A stretch of 64,000 nt of DNA. Source: Paraphysomonas bandaiensis (Eukaryota > Protista > Chrysophyceae). Shown piece by piece: positions 50,528 through 64,000 of this stretch (within the stretch, counting starts at the first letter, position 1; each line of letters starts with the position of its first letter). The notes beneath the pieces were generated by a model, which was given only the letters and a program-made list of their open reading frames with translations, had not been told where the DNA came from and ran no database searches. The stretch spans positions 50,839 through 114,838 of the forward strand of contig CBFFRP010000073.1 of the NCBI GenBank assembly GCA_965644295.1. Reading direction: 5' to 3'. The position numbers and the translations under genes are program-made.

Positions 50528-53500
50528 ATGGAAACTACTGTTGAGACTAAAAAGAAAACCAAGGCCGGTAGTTTTCAAGCTATGGGTCTCAACTTAGACG
50601 TGTTCAAGGGCATCAATCGGATGGGGTACAAGGTCCCCACACCTGTGCAGCGCAAGGCCTTGCCTGTCGTACTCGCAGGCATGGACTGTGTATGTATGGC
50701 CCGTACGGGGTCAGGAAAAACCTGCGTGTTTTTGCTCCCTATGATGGAGAAGTTATTGACACACAGCAGTACCAGTGGTGTGAGGGGGATAGTTCTCTCT
50801 CCGACCAGAGAACTGGCGAAACAGACCTTTAAGTTTGCCCGAGATATGGCGAAGTTCACGAACTTGCGGATAATATCTGTGTGTGGTGGAGACCCGATTG
50901 AGGCACAGTTTGAAGCTCTCTCTGAGCGCCCTGATATAATAATTGCCACCCCTGGGCGACTGATGCACCATATCCGTGAAATATCGACGTTTAAGCTGAA
51001 GCATGTGCAGTATCTTGTGTTCGATGAGGCAGACAGATTGTTTGAGATGGGATTCGCCGAGCAGTTGAATGTATCCTACCCCTGATTCATGGCTCATGAT
51101 CTGATATGTCTGTATTACAGGAAATTATTCGAGAGTGTCCTACGGAACGGCAAACTCTTTTGTTTTCTGCTACAATGCCACAACAGCTAGTTCAATTCTC
51201 TCGCGCTGGCCTTCGAGACCCTCAGCTAATACGTCTCGACACGGACACTAAAATGTCTGAGGAACTGAGGCTAGCCTTCCTGTGCGTGAGGTCCAATGAG
51301 AAGGTGCCATTTATTCGATGCTGATATTTTTAGTTTACTGTACTTTTCTGTTACAGGTTGCTGCACTTCTATACATCGTACGTCAAGTGATTCCAGCCAA
51401 CCAGCTGACGATAATCTTCACTGCCACCAAGCACCATTCCGAATTTATTCACGCTCTCTTTCAGGTATGTGCTCTTTATGTATAAATACATTGAGAGTAA
51501 TTATTACTGCCCATAGTACATATGTATAGTGTGTAATACAAATGTTCAAACACTAGTCACAGTAAATTGCGTGTGGGTTTTTGTAAATTTTAATATTTGC
51601 ATACATCCATGTTCAGTGTGTTGGTCTCAAGAGTACGCTTGTGTACGGATCTATGGATCAGGATGCCAGGAGCCTAAACCTCAAGTAGGAACTATGTTGA
51701 TCCAATTAATCTCCAATAACACTTTTTCTACAATAGAGCTTTTCGTAATGGGGACGTGAATTTCATGGTCGTCACTGACCTCGCTGCACGTGGTATCGAC
51801 GTACCGCTCTTGAACAACGTCATCAATTTTCATTTCCCCCCCTCTCCGAAGCTGTTTGTCCACAGGTGTGGTCGCGCTGCCCGTCAGGGACGTGTTGGGT
51901 TTGCATTCTCTATAGTCGAACCCGATGAGATGGCTTATATGGTGGACGTACACACATTTCTCGGTAAACGTGTTGAGACGGGTTATCCGGATGATGGGGA
52001 GTTGTCGTCGCTGACTTCCGTGGCTTATACACTGTCATCTATGCGCCCAAGTATGGTGCATACTGGTATATTTCCGCAAGACGTGATAGCAGAGGAAATG
52101 GACTCGGCAGGACGATTAATGACTGAGTCAGAGGAACTCCAGATCTTGTGGCGAATATGCGAAAATGGTATGAAGCAGTATCGCCGCACTCGTACAGAGG
52201 CCACGCGATCAGGTATCAAGATTGCCAAGACTCTCGCGAAACAGGATGTGATTCGCACCATTCACCCTTTAATAGCTGGTATGGATCCCGATAGATGCTC
52301 CTCGAATGTTTTGCAAAAAGCCAGCTTCATAAGACACTTGCAGAGCTTTCGTCCGGCCCAAACGGTGTTCGAGTCAGGTATTGGAACCGGCACTGCCGGA
52401 GCTAAGACGGGATCTAAGAATGGAAAGGGAGGAACGGACTCTTTTGGTGTGGAGATCATGCGGGCTCTTAGGAAAGAGGTTGCTCCTGCGCTGGAGCGGG
52501 CTCAGAAACATTCTGAGACAGATCCGTCATCAGAGTGCAATGAGGGCAGTGACAACTTTAGCAGTGGAGATGCTTCAGACGCGGAAGTAGACATCGGCAG
52601 TGATGACGACTATGGCGCTTCTGTGACTGATGAATACGTAGACGAGAAAGAACATATTGCCAAGCGTCCACGACTTTCTCGCGCAGACCGTAAGCGTTTG
52701 AAGAAGCAAGGAAACAAAGTGGAGAGATCCCCCGCAACCAATGGTAACGACGGCGATGACCCACTCTGTACGATTAGTGGGGATAAAGCATCGAAAAAAC
52801 GTGGATATGCTGATGAGAAGTTTTACATGTCGTACGGCAACGAAGATGAGGTCGCGACGTACATTGAAGACACTTTGCAGCCCCAGTCTGGCCTCAAGAG
52901 TGCCGAGTCTTTGGGTGCGCAAATGCTGGAGAATGCTATGTTAGATGTGGCACCAGACGATGCAATGGAAATGAATAGAAAGAAGAAGATGCTTCGCTGG
53001 GATGCCAAGAAGAGAAAGTTCGTGAAGGTACGAGATATTAATATATATTGAGTGTGTTGTCGGTACTAATGATACAATACTGATAATTTAGCAAACCCTG
53101 GAGGAGATGTCCCAATCAAAGAGTGGCGTGAAAAAGGTCCGTACAGAGAGCGGAGTAGTCCTATCAAAGTCGGCTAAGCCTCAAGGAGAAATGTACAATA
53201 CGTGGAAAAAGAAGACTAAGAGAGAAGTCAGTCTTGCCGGTACTGGCGACGACGATGATGATACGTACAATAGGCCCAAGCCTAACTTTAGGTAAATATT
53301 GTACATTGTGGTCGTGTTACTCATGTAATACTGGTGGGGTGTGTGCAGGTTTAACCGCAAGGTACCGGATGAGATTCGCAATGCACATCAAATTAGAAAG
53401 ATTCAAAATAAGAGGTCCGATATGAAGCTAAAGAACATGAAAAAAGAGAAACGGAAATCCATAGAAGGAAACAACAGAAAGAAGAAGTCCGAGCAGGCCA

Positions 53501-53562
53501 AGAATGCTTTCAGTGGTCCTAAAGCAGGAAATAGAAAGGTTAAAGTAATTGTTCGTCGTTAA
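50528..53562 (+). CDS. DDX54: DEAD-box RNA helicase DDX54/Dbp10, about 7 exons
   Basis: [67 protein letters not shown]-terminal [10 protein letters not shown] and KVRTESG. Confidence 0.95.
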
Positions 53563-54333
53563 CAAATAAGTATTAGATTGTCAGACCACTACCTTTGAAT
53601 GCTTTTATACTGTTAATTTAATAATAGTTGTAGTCTGAATTACTATATTATTTGTGTGGTGTATTGTGTAAAAAGGCTCGAGGCATTATTTATCAGGCAT
53701 AAGTTTCTTTGCATCAGTTGTCCAGGACTTTAACGTTTTCATCTTCACTTTGATTCTCACGATGTTTTCGTAAAAAGTGACACCAATATTCCGGTATCAT
53801 GTGATGGTCTTCGTACAGAGCACCAGAGTGGAATTCAATGTATCATCTGTCCACTCGAGTGGATTAATTCATCTACTAGAAAATTTCATGGGTTCTCTGT
53901 GCTTTGCCTTAAGTCTTTTGTGACGATTCTGATATACACCATTTTACTGAAACTGTGAGCTGTTGGAATATGTATGTTTTCCTAAGATAGAACTGTAGAA
54001 TACGTTATAAATATGAAATAACCGTCCAAGATACTATACAGCTATAACTGTGAAACTGAAGTACCATGACAATTCAAGATACGAAAGAAGCATAAAACTA
54101 TGTTGTTGATGTGCTTTACATGATAAATATTGGAAACTAGTGTAACACCCTCCTATTGGTGTCAGAATCATCTAATCCAATAACGAGTCCAATATCTCTG
54201 ACGCACTGCTCATCAGCACTCCATATCGACTGTTGTTCTTCAATAATCATTGCTCTGATCCTTCTCAGAGCTAAATGAAACAAACTAGAGTCATGAACCT
54301 CCATTTTAGGTTCTCCCTCCATTGTAATAATAG

Positions 54334-55685
54334 ATATATATTGAAAGTCTTTTTATTTAGCAATAGGCGTTAAAAACCTGTACCAATATAGTGACTAGTT
54401 GAATGCTAGACATACTAGTTAGACCTCTACCCATAACTAATCAGCACAAATTCCATTATCCTACTATTTAACGCTACAGAAGCTGCTTGTGCGTCGCCGC
54501 AAGCACCAAGGTGCGACCACTTCCGTTCTTGATGTTGATTGCGAGTTGCGCCATTGTCGTGTGTCCTAGGACTCACCGGCGCTATATGATAGGTGTGTAT
54601 GTAGGGGACACGTTGTGCAACGTACAGCATGACAAGTGAAAGCAGTGATCTAAGTCTACTACTACAACACTGGAACGCTTAAGACTACACATACACTGTG
54701 TGCAATTTGCATCGGGGACTGCCTTTTATGTACCTCACGGCAACCAGGGGAAACAGTACTATACCCTGCTGAGATTGGCGATCTCAGTGGTGGTCTTCCT
54801 TTAGGCATTGTGCCAAGTGACTCGGAGGTATGTGGACGAAGATCTTGCAAAAGGTTATGGCCTACTGTGAAGAAGCGTCAAAATAGAATCTTTTGCTGTC
54901 TTAGCCAGCGGTAGAGAGCACATGCAAGAGAGTGTATAGCTGGACAGGGGTGGGATATGAGGGTCATCCGGTGTGTCCAGCAACAGGGAGTCGAGAGGGA
55001 GTGTGATGGTGCAAAAGAGGCAACATCTGATTGAGGAGAGTGGGACTGCGCAACAGAACTAGGTCTGCCAAGGTCGGGTACTCTGATAGACCTATGCACG
55101 AGATGATCATGATGATGGTCTGGAGGAGACACTCGGACGTCCTCAGCTGCCCTTGTTAGTGTCTGTGTTGGTGCACGGGGGTACAGGCTGAGGCATAGAG
55201 TGTGTGTGGAAGGAAGATGACGGCAAGGTATCAGAGACGAAGGGAGGGGAGATGGTTTGTCTGGAGGTTCTCGAGGAGGAGGTAGAGTGTAAGGTGCGTG
55301 TGTATGACACAGTGCAGCGGTGTTATGAGTGTGTTGGACAGAGAGAGAGAGAGCCGGTGATGTGTCCAACAGTACAGGTATACAGGTACATGGACAGGTA
55401 CATGGGACGGAGTGAGCTGTGTGGTGTACTGCAGTATATTACACACAAGAAGGACGGAATTGGAGCCGGACGCTTGTGCCGCTTAGGCATTCTTCCTGGG
55501 CCAGAAGTAAGGGCCCTCCTATCGTAATAAAACAATCGTTTCATTACTCTTCCTTTCCACTGGAAGCATGTACAACATGGTAAGACAAGATATTTGTCGG
55601 CAGTGTGGTGTGATACAAAATGCAGCCATGCTTGGGGAGAAGAGGACAATCTGAGCCTGGACCCGCTGATGTAACACAACCACAA
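54334..55685 (+). mobile_element. Family H mosaic element with variable cargo
   Basis: Starts TATATATTGAAAGTC; modules shared with 37540-38317 but a different ~840-bp middle. Confidence 0.7.
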
Positions 55686-55689
55686 AGGA

Positions 55690-57325
55690 AAACTAGAAGG
55701 ACACAAAGGAAAACGAGACCTTCGTGGCTTCGCAAAATCATTGCAGCTGACAGCCCCACTCACATACAATCCCTTGACACAGAGGTCCCATACCACACCT
55801 TCTACTGGAAAGACCGTGGTATCTCCCGAATCGACCACATACTGCATGCACCCCTCCCCACCCATCTCCGCAACACTGGCAACGGATGCTATACATCTGA
55901 CGCCCTCCTAGCAGCAACCTTTGATCACAGACCGGTCTGGATCAAGGTTGCCATTAGTGGAACAGGACCAACCCTCCCGAAGGAACGGCATCTCAAGATC
56001 CCACCTCGCCTCAACATCAACCCTGCTGACCACGAATTGGTAGAAGAATTCCAGAAACATCTCCACGCCCACCTCACCTCCTTACCTGAGCTCCACACAA
56101 ACCCCCATACCGCCGAACAAGCCGCCATAAAACTGGCGCTTTTCCATCGCATCACCCTGGACGCAGCCCATGACACCCGCTGTGCGGAAAGATCGAAGAA
56201 AACCAGCATCCATGCAAAATGTCAACGCAAACGCTCCCGGTTCAAGGACGGATTCTCTGCCGAGATGCGAGAGTCCTCCAAACATCACTCCACCTGCTCA
56301 TATACCTCGAAAACGAAAACTCTTCACCAGAGCTGGACACCTCCACCCCTGGGTCTCGGACCCCTGCCTATATAGCATCATCCGGAAAGGGATCAGCAGA
56401 TGGGAACACAGCGCCGCTGAGCTAGACCGCTCCTCAGAGGACCCCGATCGACCGCCCACTGCCATCATCCGGGCCGCGACAGACTCACGGCAAATGTTAA
56501 CATGGACTGCGGCAACCGTCACCGGCGCCGACTTTGACAACCTCCGAGACAGTCTCACGCGGCGAATGATCCAAGGGAGAGCCCGCTCTGAAATGAGGAA
56601 AAGGATGACCATCAGAACGCACGCCCTCCAAGAGCAACTAGAACTTCAAAATATCGGCAACGTACTACAATCCATTGGACTAAAGCGAAAGCAAACACCA
56701 GCACTTACTCGTCTCACCTTAGAAGATGGGGCCACGCTCACGAAATACAGGACGCCCTAAACAAACACTTCACAGCACATTACGCATTCCCCACGGGCCT
56801 GGACCCCGCTTTCCACAGATTACACCACGATGCCACCTGGTGGCGCGAGCTAACAGCCGGCACTAATCTCAACAACCCCCTTCACCCAAACTCAGCCATC
56901 CCGCTCCAACACCAACTCGGACTCCGCACACTCTGCAAGACGAAGGTCAGCTCATCCACCACAGAAAAAATCCGGGAACCCTACGGAAACAAATCACGCT
57001 CAACGAATTCCACTTCACCCTCGACAACATGGCCACTGGTAAAGCACCTGGGCCGTCCATGGTCATCACCACATCCCCCACTGGTGGCGAGACAGAGTCA
57101 TGACCCCACTGCTCAAAAAAACGGTGAAAACGTCACTCAAAAATCTCAGACCAATCTGATTACTAGAGGTCCTACGCAAATTAATGACACGCATCATCAC
57201 CCACCGACTTCTTCAAATCTGGGAAGACGACGATGTTCTACACCCGGCAAAACACACGGCTACAGGTGGAGACATGGCACAGACACTGCCATCCTTCGCT
57301 TACTAGCGGCCACCGAACTGGCAAT
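55690..57325 (+). pseudogene. Non-LTR retrotransposon (LINE) ORF2 fragment: APE endonuclease C-terminus to RT N-terminus, frameshifted and truncated
   Basis: TFYWKDRGISRIDHIL...DHRPV; GKAPGPS; NLRPI*LLEVLRKLMTRII...HGYRWRHGTDTAI. Confidence 0.88.
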
Positions 57326-57339
57326 TATTTAATACCAAA

Positions 57340-57590
57340 CTACATATATTGAAAGTCTTCCTTTTTGGCAGTAGTAGGAGTTAAAAATCTGCACCAGGGT
57401 AGTGGCTAGTTGAATGCTAGATAGACAAACTAGTTAGACCTCTATCTATAACTAATCAGTGCAAACTCTATTATCCTACAGAAGCTGCTTGTGCGTCACC
57501 GCAGGACAAAGGTGCGACCATTTCAGTTCTTAATAATGTTGATTGCGAGTTTCGATATTGTTTTGTGTCCTAGGACTCTTTGGCGCGTGT
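57340..57590 (+). repeat. Diverged family H end
   Basis: Homologous to 54334-54585 including the T-hairpin. Confidence 0.75.
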
Positions 57591-60104
57591 TATCAGGCGT
57601 ATCTCCTTGGAATGAGACTCCACAGGGCTTTGTGGTGGTACCGGGGTTTATGTAGTAAGGTCGTGAGTGTACCGAGTGCTAGGTGGAGAAATGGAATATG
57701 AATGTGAATGTGGCGCTGTCTCAGTGCACTGTTTGGGCCTCGAGCATAGGTAGAGTTGCCGGAGACGGAGTCGTTGTCGTGGGCGGGAATTTTTTTTACG
57801 GTCCTGACGGGTGCCTTAAGTTCTTCAAACAATATGTGACTAGCACAACCACATCCAACCAGTTGCAACTCATCGAATAAGTAATCTCCTAGTGACTCAG
57901 CAGTGTAGTTCATCTTGCACATCACAGCAAAGTAGGCTGTACCTCATTGGCATCGGTCCATTCAGTATATTCTCATTGTTGTTGGTGAAGCCTTGCATAC
58001 GTACTTCAAAGTACCAAATGAAGTACAACTCACATCAACAAGAAGAAGAATTGATATTTAGTTGCGTGCTGGGGCATTTCTTTCGTTCCACTTACTACGA
58101 TTTTAATTTTTACATTTTACTACGGTTTCAATTTTTTTTTACATTACTACGATTTCAATTTTTACATTACTACGATTATTTCAATTTTCAAGCCAAATTT
58201 CGGATATTTCTCCTTTTTTACATTTAAGTTTACTAGTATTTGTTATTTAATCGTGTTTATAATATGTTAATCGCAATACTTAGCGCTTAATCTATATATA
58301 AACACAGAATGAACACCTGTATGGACTTCATTTATACGGCTTTTTCTGATGAACTACCTTATAAACTACCGTATAATAGCGGCGACTTCGATCTTGGATC
58401 ATGCATGAGCTTTGCTGCAGCAAAAGCGGGAGAAGCAGACGTCAATTATGACTCAACCAACTCGGATTCGACACAAGCGAAAAGCCTGTATGCTGAAATT
58501 CGATGTGAAGTAAACTTATCCAGATGGCAGCAGAAGTCCCGTGCATGGTTCTATTGCAAGCCTGATCGTTTATACTCAACAAAACATCTAATCGCGCTTA
58601 TAAAGCAGGATAAAACTCAGATGACAAGATTACCAATATATCGACTCGAACAGTATTAGAACGCGAAAAACTACCTATGCTAAGCGAAAATGAAGGTAAT
58701 AACTACCTATGTGGTAAGTCATTTCGAGCTCTATGAAAGCGACATTAAGTATTTTTGATTCGGAGGAAAGGGGTCGTATTTCATATGTATGTATGGTGTG
58801 TTAAGTATGCATATGTATTATGGTCATGTTGTGCGTGTTGTAAGCACTGCTCGTGCTGTGTTTTTGCGGTGAAGTGTGATAGGTTAAAGGTTCAGGAGGG
58901 ATCAAAGCAGGGGGAATGGAAAGTGTTCTAGCGTGCACAATCAAACGATGTCCACACGAGTCCACTCACCTCAATCTACTGCCTTGTGATCAAACACTGT
59001 CATGAAGACATTTGCGTCCTTCCTGAAAGGCAGTTATAAGCCTGAAACTCTGAACCACATAGTAAGAGTGTCTTCTGAGTGCGGTATGACCTCTGTAGCA
59101 TTCGGATGTATGTGTGTGTGTGTCTGTATGATATATATATGTATATATATATGTATGTATGTCTGTGTTCTCAGGATGTGTGAATCTATGTCGTAGTTAT
59201 TCATTTTATCATTTCAGTATAGTTTGTAGGTTACTGTAGTCATCATGAAAAACCTGTTCGCTATGCTCAACACCTATGTCAGTTTGTTGCTGCATAACCT
59301 GCATGATGACGTGTGCATGTGGGGCTGTTTTTGTATAGAAATAGTGATGTTTGTACGACTGTTACAACCAGCAGAGTTCGAAATGCTTGTCTTGTGAATT
59401 TTTAACTAATCATGCTATATGTGTGGTATGCTATGTGTGATACGCTATATAGCTATATGTAGCATTTAACATTCTATGCACTCACACTTATTACTACATA
59501 ACTTACGTTATATACCTCATCATTATAGCATACAAATCACACACTATACACATATATAACACCACACGCAGCGTTTGTACTGATTCCTCTCTAGCTGCAG
59601 ATAGAAGGAATTAGATATCAATGTAGTACATTCACATTCATCCACACCTTCTGATATCTCTATATGTATGTGTATTACCTGCATATTGTATGGCATATAC
59701 GTCATAAGCACGGTCTATATGACACGAATATGACGTATGTAAGGTATATGCACACATAAGGTCCATTCATCTTGTTATGAGGCTTCTGGTACTCTCTGTG
59801 TGGTCTTCATATTCCTGTGGAGCGCAATGGACTCTAACTTCTCTCATTCATTATCGTTGGAGTCGGGTGCCTGAGCAATGGAAATGTAGACAGCAATGGA
59901 AACGCCCAAGAGTGCTCGCACTTTTTCGTGTTGTTCTGGGGGATAAGTACCGGAGAGATTCTCTCTGGGAAACTAACGTGAGCCGCAAACATATAGTCAG
60001 CAGATATTCTTTTCTGCCCACTCATAGCCGAATGCTTATGTGGTACAAGGGACACCAATAAGTGTCAATTGTGTAGACGTCTTTCAACCCTGAAGAATAA
60101 ACAG

Positions 60105-60590
60105 GTATCCGGGAATGGGCCCACCTCAAGGGCATCCGGAACAGGGCTCACCTCAGGGGTAGTATCCGGGGTATTGGGCTGCCTGCTGAAGTCAAGCATC
60201 CGGGATGTTCGCCTTAAGAACTGGTCGCACCTTGGTGCTTGCGGCGACGCACAAGCAGCTTCCGTTGCGTTAAATAGTAGGATTAAAAAGTGTATACTGA
60301 TTAGTTACAGGTAGAGGTCTATAACTAGTTTGTCTAGCATTCATCTAGCTACTAAAAGTTGGTGCAGGTTTTTAACGCCTATTGCTAATATAATAAGACC
60401 TTCAATATATACCTTGGTGCAGATTTTTAACGCCTCTACTGCTAAATAAGAAGACTTTCAATATATGTAGTTTAGTAGGATAATAGAGTGAGTTATGGGT
60501 AGAGGTCTAAATAGTCTCTCTAGCATTCAGCTAGCCACTACATTGGTGCAGATTTTTAACGACTATTGCTAAATAATAAGACTTCAATAT
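60105..60590 (-). repeat. Family H ends, tandemly reiterated
   Basis: T-hairpin at 60222-60262; three repeats of TTGGTGCAG.TTTTTAACG...AAGAC.TTCAATAT. Confidence 0.75.
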
Positions 60591-61178
60591 GCTTGTTAAA
60601 TTGTTACATTAGTTCTGACTCTAACAATGCAGATTTAAGCTTAGTAATAGTAAGAAGTAAGAAGGGTGTTGTGATTATGAAAGCGTAAGTAAGTGATGAA
60701 CACAGTAACGTACTAGAAAAGTGAATAATAATGCAGAACATAACTATCGCACACTCAACGGAATAGAGTTAGAAGTATAACAACTGACAATGACGATAGT
60801 TGTGATGACGATCCAGTATCTTCAAAAGATACAATCATTAATTCAGTTCATGATATATTTCATTGAACATCATATTATAATATATTAAAGATCTGATTAT
60901 TACATGAGAGAACTTATTGCATTTATCTATCTATTACTCCAGCATTGAACGTAATAACTCACATACGTAACGACTACGGGTGATTGAGCCTCGCCATCAT
61001 GACTAACATTGCTGGTCTTAATTGTCATCCCTCATGTGCACAGGTGATGTAGGGTAGGAATTATCTTCTTACAACACTCTTCACTTAACTTACTTATCTT
61101 ACTCTTTACTTCGCTACTTCTTAAATTTCAACTCAACTACGATATCAACTCTCTACGATATCTAAAAATCCATATCCT

Positions 61179-61330
61179 TCTATATATATAAAGATCTGAT
61201 TATTACAGGAGAGAACTACTTTGTTAAGCTATCTACGACTTTAGACTAGTGGTAGCAGAGTTGCTAAATACTGAGTTGTCTCGGGACTGCTTGTGCATTG
61301 CTGCAAGCACCTTGGTGCAACCATCCCTAA
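61179..61330. repeat. Helitron-like termini with T-hairpin variant
   Basis: TCTATATATATAAAGATCTGATTATTACA (also at about 60880); reverse-strand hairpin 61283-61327 followed by CCACTAGT as at 27853-27918. Confidence 0.55.
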
Positions 61331-61819
61331 TTCTTCTACCTATATCCCCATAGTTAATTCTAGAAGCGGTTTCCCAGCCTTAAATAGCTAGTTTTCTACT
61401 TCCAGAAATAATCATATAGAAATCCCTTAACATCCTGCTATCTACTCCTATATCATCCTACAGAATACCTACGTATACCATCATAATACTGTACGGGTTA
61501 CCAAAAACGTCCGTGAGACCCGTATACACAGATAGTCACGGTACACTCCAACCCTATATCTGGCCTTAATACTCGTATCTTCTAATCTAATCATAACTAC
61601 TATCTACATCTCATCTCATTCTACAACCCACATCACTTACTTCATCTTATTCTTAAGCCATAACAGCCTCCTAAATCACCCATACTTGTCATAATACCCA
61701 ATTTTGCTACACATATGCTATCTTATATTAGGATGAATCCTAATATTAATCCAACCAATTAATAATAATAATTTTAAATATCATTTAAAAAACAATTAAC
61801 TTAATTGACAATGCAACTA

Positions 61820-63165
61820 TTAGCTTATATCGTTCATATCTGAGGTAACAGATGATCCATAGTTGGATATTCCATTCTCAGCTTTAAGTTTACAATTATT
61901 AAGGTTATACCGCTGCAGAGCAATTTGATACATGCACCCACCAAGCAAACCAAAAATAATTAGAGTAAAAACCATTCCTACTCGAGTCATGGAACCGAAG
62001 AAGAAAAAGCCAAAACCATTGCCCACGAAGAAGAAAAATATAGCATAGCGAATGCATCTTCAGATTTGTTTGGAATAGTTCCGTACATATCCGCAACAAT
62101 TGCTTTGTTCAAACTCTCCCACACACCTAGAGTAACTCCTTCCAGCATGAGATACGGACATATGCATCGCCATGTTCCAAGCTCATCATCGGGAACCAAG
62201 AGAAGGACAATCCCCAGTGCAACAATGCACGCTCCTGCGATGAATATAACCAACTGCTTGCCTACATAGGCTATAAGAGTAGACGAAATCATGGAAAGAA
62301 AAGCTGCACATATGACAACTGATGCAGCAAGGACACCGACGTATGAATGACCAAGTACTTCAGAGTGTGCGATGATCGTGCCATATACATACGATGATAC
62401 GAAACTCAGTGATAGCCCGCTGGCAAGCTGGAACCATCCAATAAAAAAAAAATACTGATCTTCCACTATGATGAATGAACTTTTGACAGCATCCGATAAA
62501 GTAAATCGTAGCATTATGCTTTCGCTAGCTACAAGGCCTAAATCACTCACGCGACATATCAAGACACAAGATATTACCGACATTGTGGAATACAGGGAAA
62601 ATACTGGAATAGGACCTATAGCTGGAAAAGAAAAAAATATACCAGTAGCGCTTATCTTCAGTAAGACCTCTAGACATAGGAAGATGCTCGCAAAAATTGA
62701 TACAAATTTGGCGTTGCATGTTTCAAGTTCGATCCCACTACCTGAGGAGTACAGAGCAGCGGCCGTACTGAAGTACTTTCCTTGTGCTGTCCATTGTAAC
62801 CCACTCGCTGCACCTCCCACTGCACTTGACACAATGAAAATAAACCATGCAGAGTCAGGAAAGATAAGTGAAATCAAAAAACCAAATACAAACACGCAAT
62901 TTCCAACAAGCCCAACGATCATTGTAAACTTAGGGCCGTACAGCTGGACAAAGTTTCCTGCAACGAGAAAAGCGCAAATCGCATTGCAAATGTATAGTGT
63001 CCCATTAGAATAGCGACTGAGGGCGCCCGGAAACTCCGTTGACGAATATGCAACACAAGACATCACAGTTGCATGACATAACGAAAACGACAAAGAAAAT
63101 AATATATAATCTCTTAATTGTTGTTCTGGTAGTGTCTGCAGAAGCGGTGTCACATACTGCGGCAT
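61820..63165 (-). CDS. UNC93-like / MFSD11-type MFS membrane protein with apparent frameshift before the last TM helix
   Basis: About 11 TM segments, GGAASGLQWTAQGKYFS motif; final TM encoded in overlapping frame 61820-62026. Confidence 0.85.
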
Positions 63166-63488
63166 GAATCACTAAATTTCTCTTTTAATTCGGTGTTGTC
63201 GAGACTACTTCCATCAATGTCTCTGGAAGAATAGACATAAGCGCAGCGCTCTCCATATGCGTGGACCTTACATTTCCTTATGATTTTTTACCCCTACTGG
63301 AAATACTTCGTACCATAAATAAGGAAGTGCGCTGGTTTTGTTTTTTAGAAGCGCTTTTTGATCAATAAGCGCGCTTTTTTGGGGTGCCCTTATTATTGAT
63401 CGAAAAATTGCCGACCACAGCCTAATAAAAAACTCCCTCATCTAGGTCGTGCTGGTGTATGCCTAGTATTTCGAACACTTTTTTTTAT

Positions 63489-64000
63489 TTAGCTACGTAG
63501 CAACCGCCAACCATAACTATCATATTGAAAATCCTGTAGAATATGGTAAAAACCCTCCAACCCGAGGCAGAAATTTCCAGGCACACATTCCTCCTGTATT
63601 ACAATATAATACAATATATAATACTGTACATTTAGGATCCGGGAATGTAGGATTGCTACTTGTACTCGCTCAGAGTACAAATAGAGTACAACACTGTGTA
63701 TGGGCTAATAGATATGAGTGCACTGCGTCCACTGGATCCTCCTATTAGATATAAAGAAGAATAGAAGGTGACACTAACAGAATCGAAGGTGTTCTGGAAT
63801 AATCAAATGGTTGGCGCATAATATTTCACATACAATACAGTAGCTTACCTCACAATTCGGAGTTCGTAATAAGTTTATATATTCTCAGTTATGACCCGTT
63901 TTCACAACACCATCCTTACCGCCCTTTTGTCTTTCGTGTTTGGGTTGGAGAATACGCATGTGCTTGACCACTGCCAGTGCAATGTCCACTTCGATGATAT
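63489..64000 (-). CDS. Possible 3' exons of a gene starting beyond the window
   Basis: Open stretches bounded by GTAAG donors (about 63919, 63849) and CAG acceptors; no recognisable domain. Confidence 0.3.

Noticed and set aside
58309-58659. 116-aa ORF in the repeat island
   Set aside because: No recognisable motif and repeat-like flanks; cannot be supported as a gene.

Overview
Eukaryotic nuclear DNA with short (~40-75 nt) GT-AG introns. The gene content (DZIP1/Iguana-like ciliary protein, ATXR3/SDG2-like SET protein, TPK-like channel, GT61) suggests a flagellated protist, possibly a stramenopile; this is inference. About 13 host genes (phosducin-like/TXNDC9, two EF-hand proteins, TPK-like channel, GT61, CoA-transferase III/SUGCT, a very large unknown protein, SET+CW+chromo-barrel methyltransferase, DZIP1-like, DDX54/DBP10, UNC93-like MFS and others) alternate with transposon-rich islands at about 9.8-12.4, 26-29.8, 35-48 and 53.6-61.4 kb. 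The 35-48 kb island can be reconstructed from TIRs and TSDs. Two nested TIR elements there share unusual 5'-AAG...CTT-3' termini and a 3-bp CTA target duplication. The inner one carries a decayed GHTxEDID-type DD(D/E) transposase plus four near-identical 347-bp units that fold into a GNRA- and T-loop-rich structure on the transposase strand. The outer one carries a gene with a tandemly amplified exon+intron unit. A ~45-nt T-shaped hairpin with compensatory changes recurs about 8 times in Helitron-like mosaics, and a ~1.2-kb inversion is readable from nested TE ends. All protein and TE family assignments come from motif recognition by eye; no database searches or folding programs were run.
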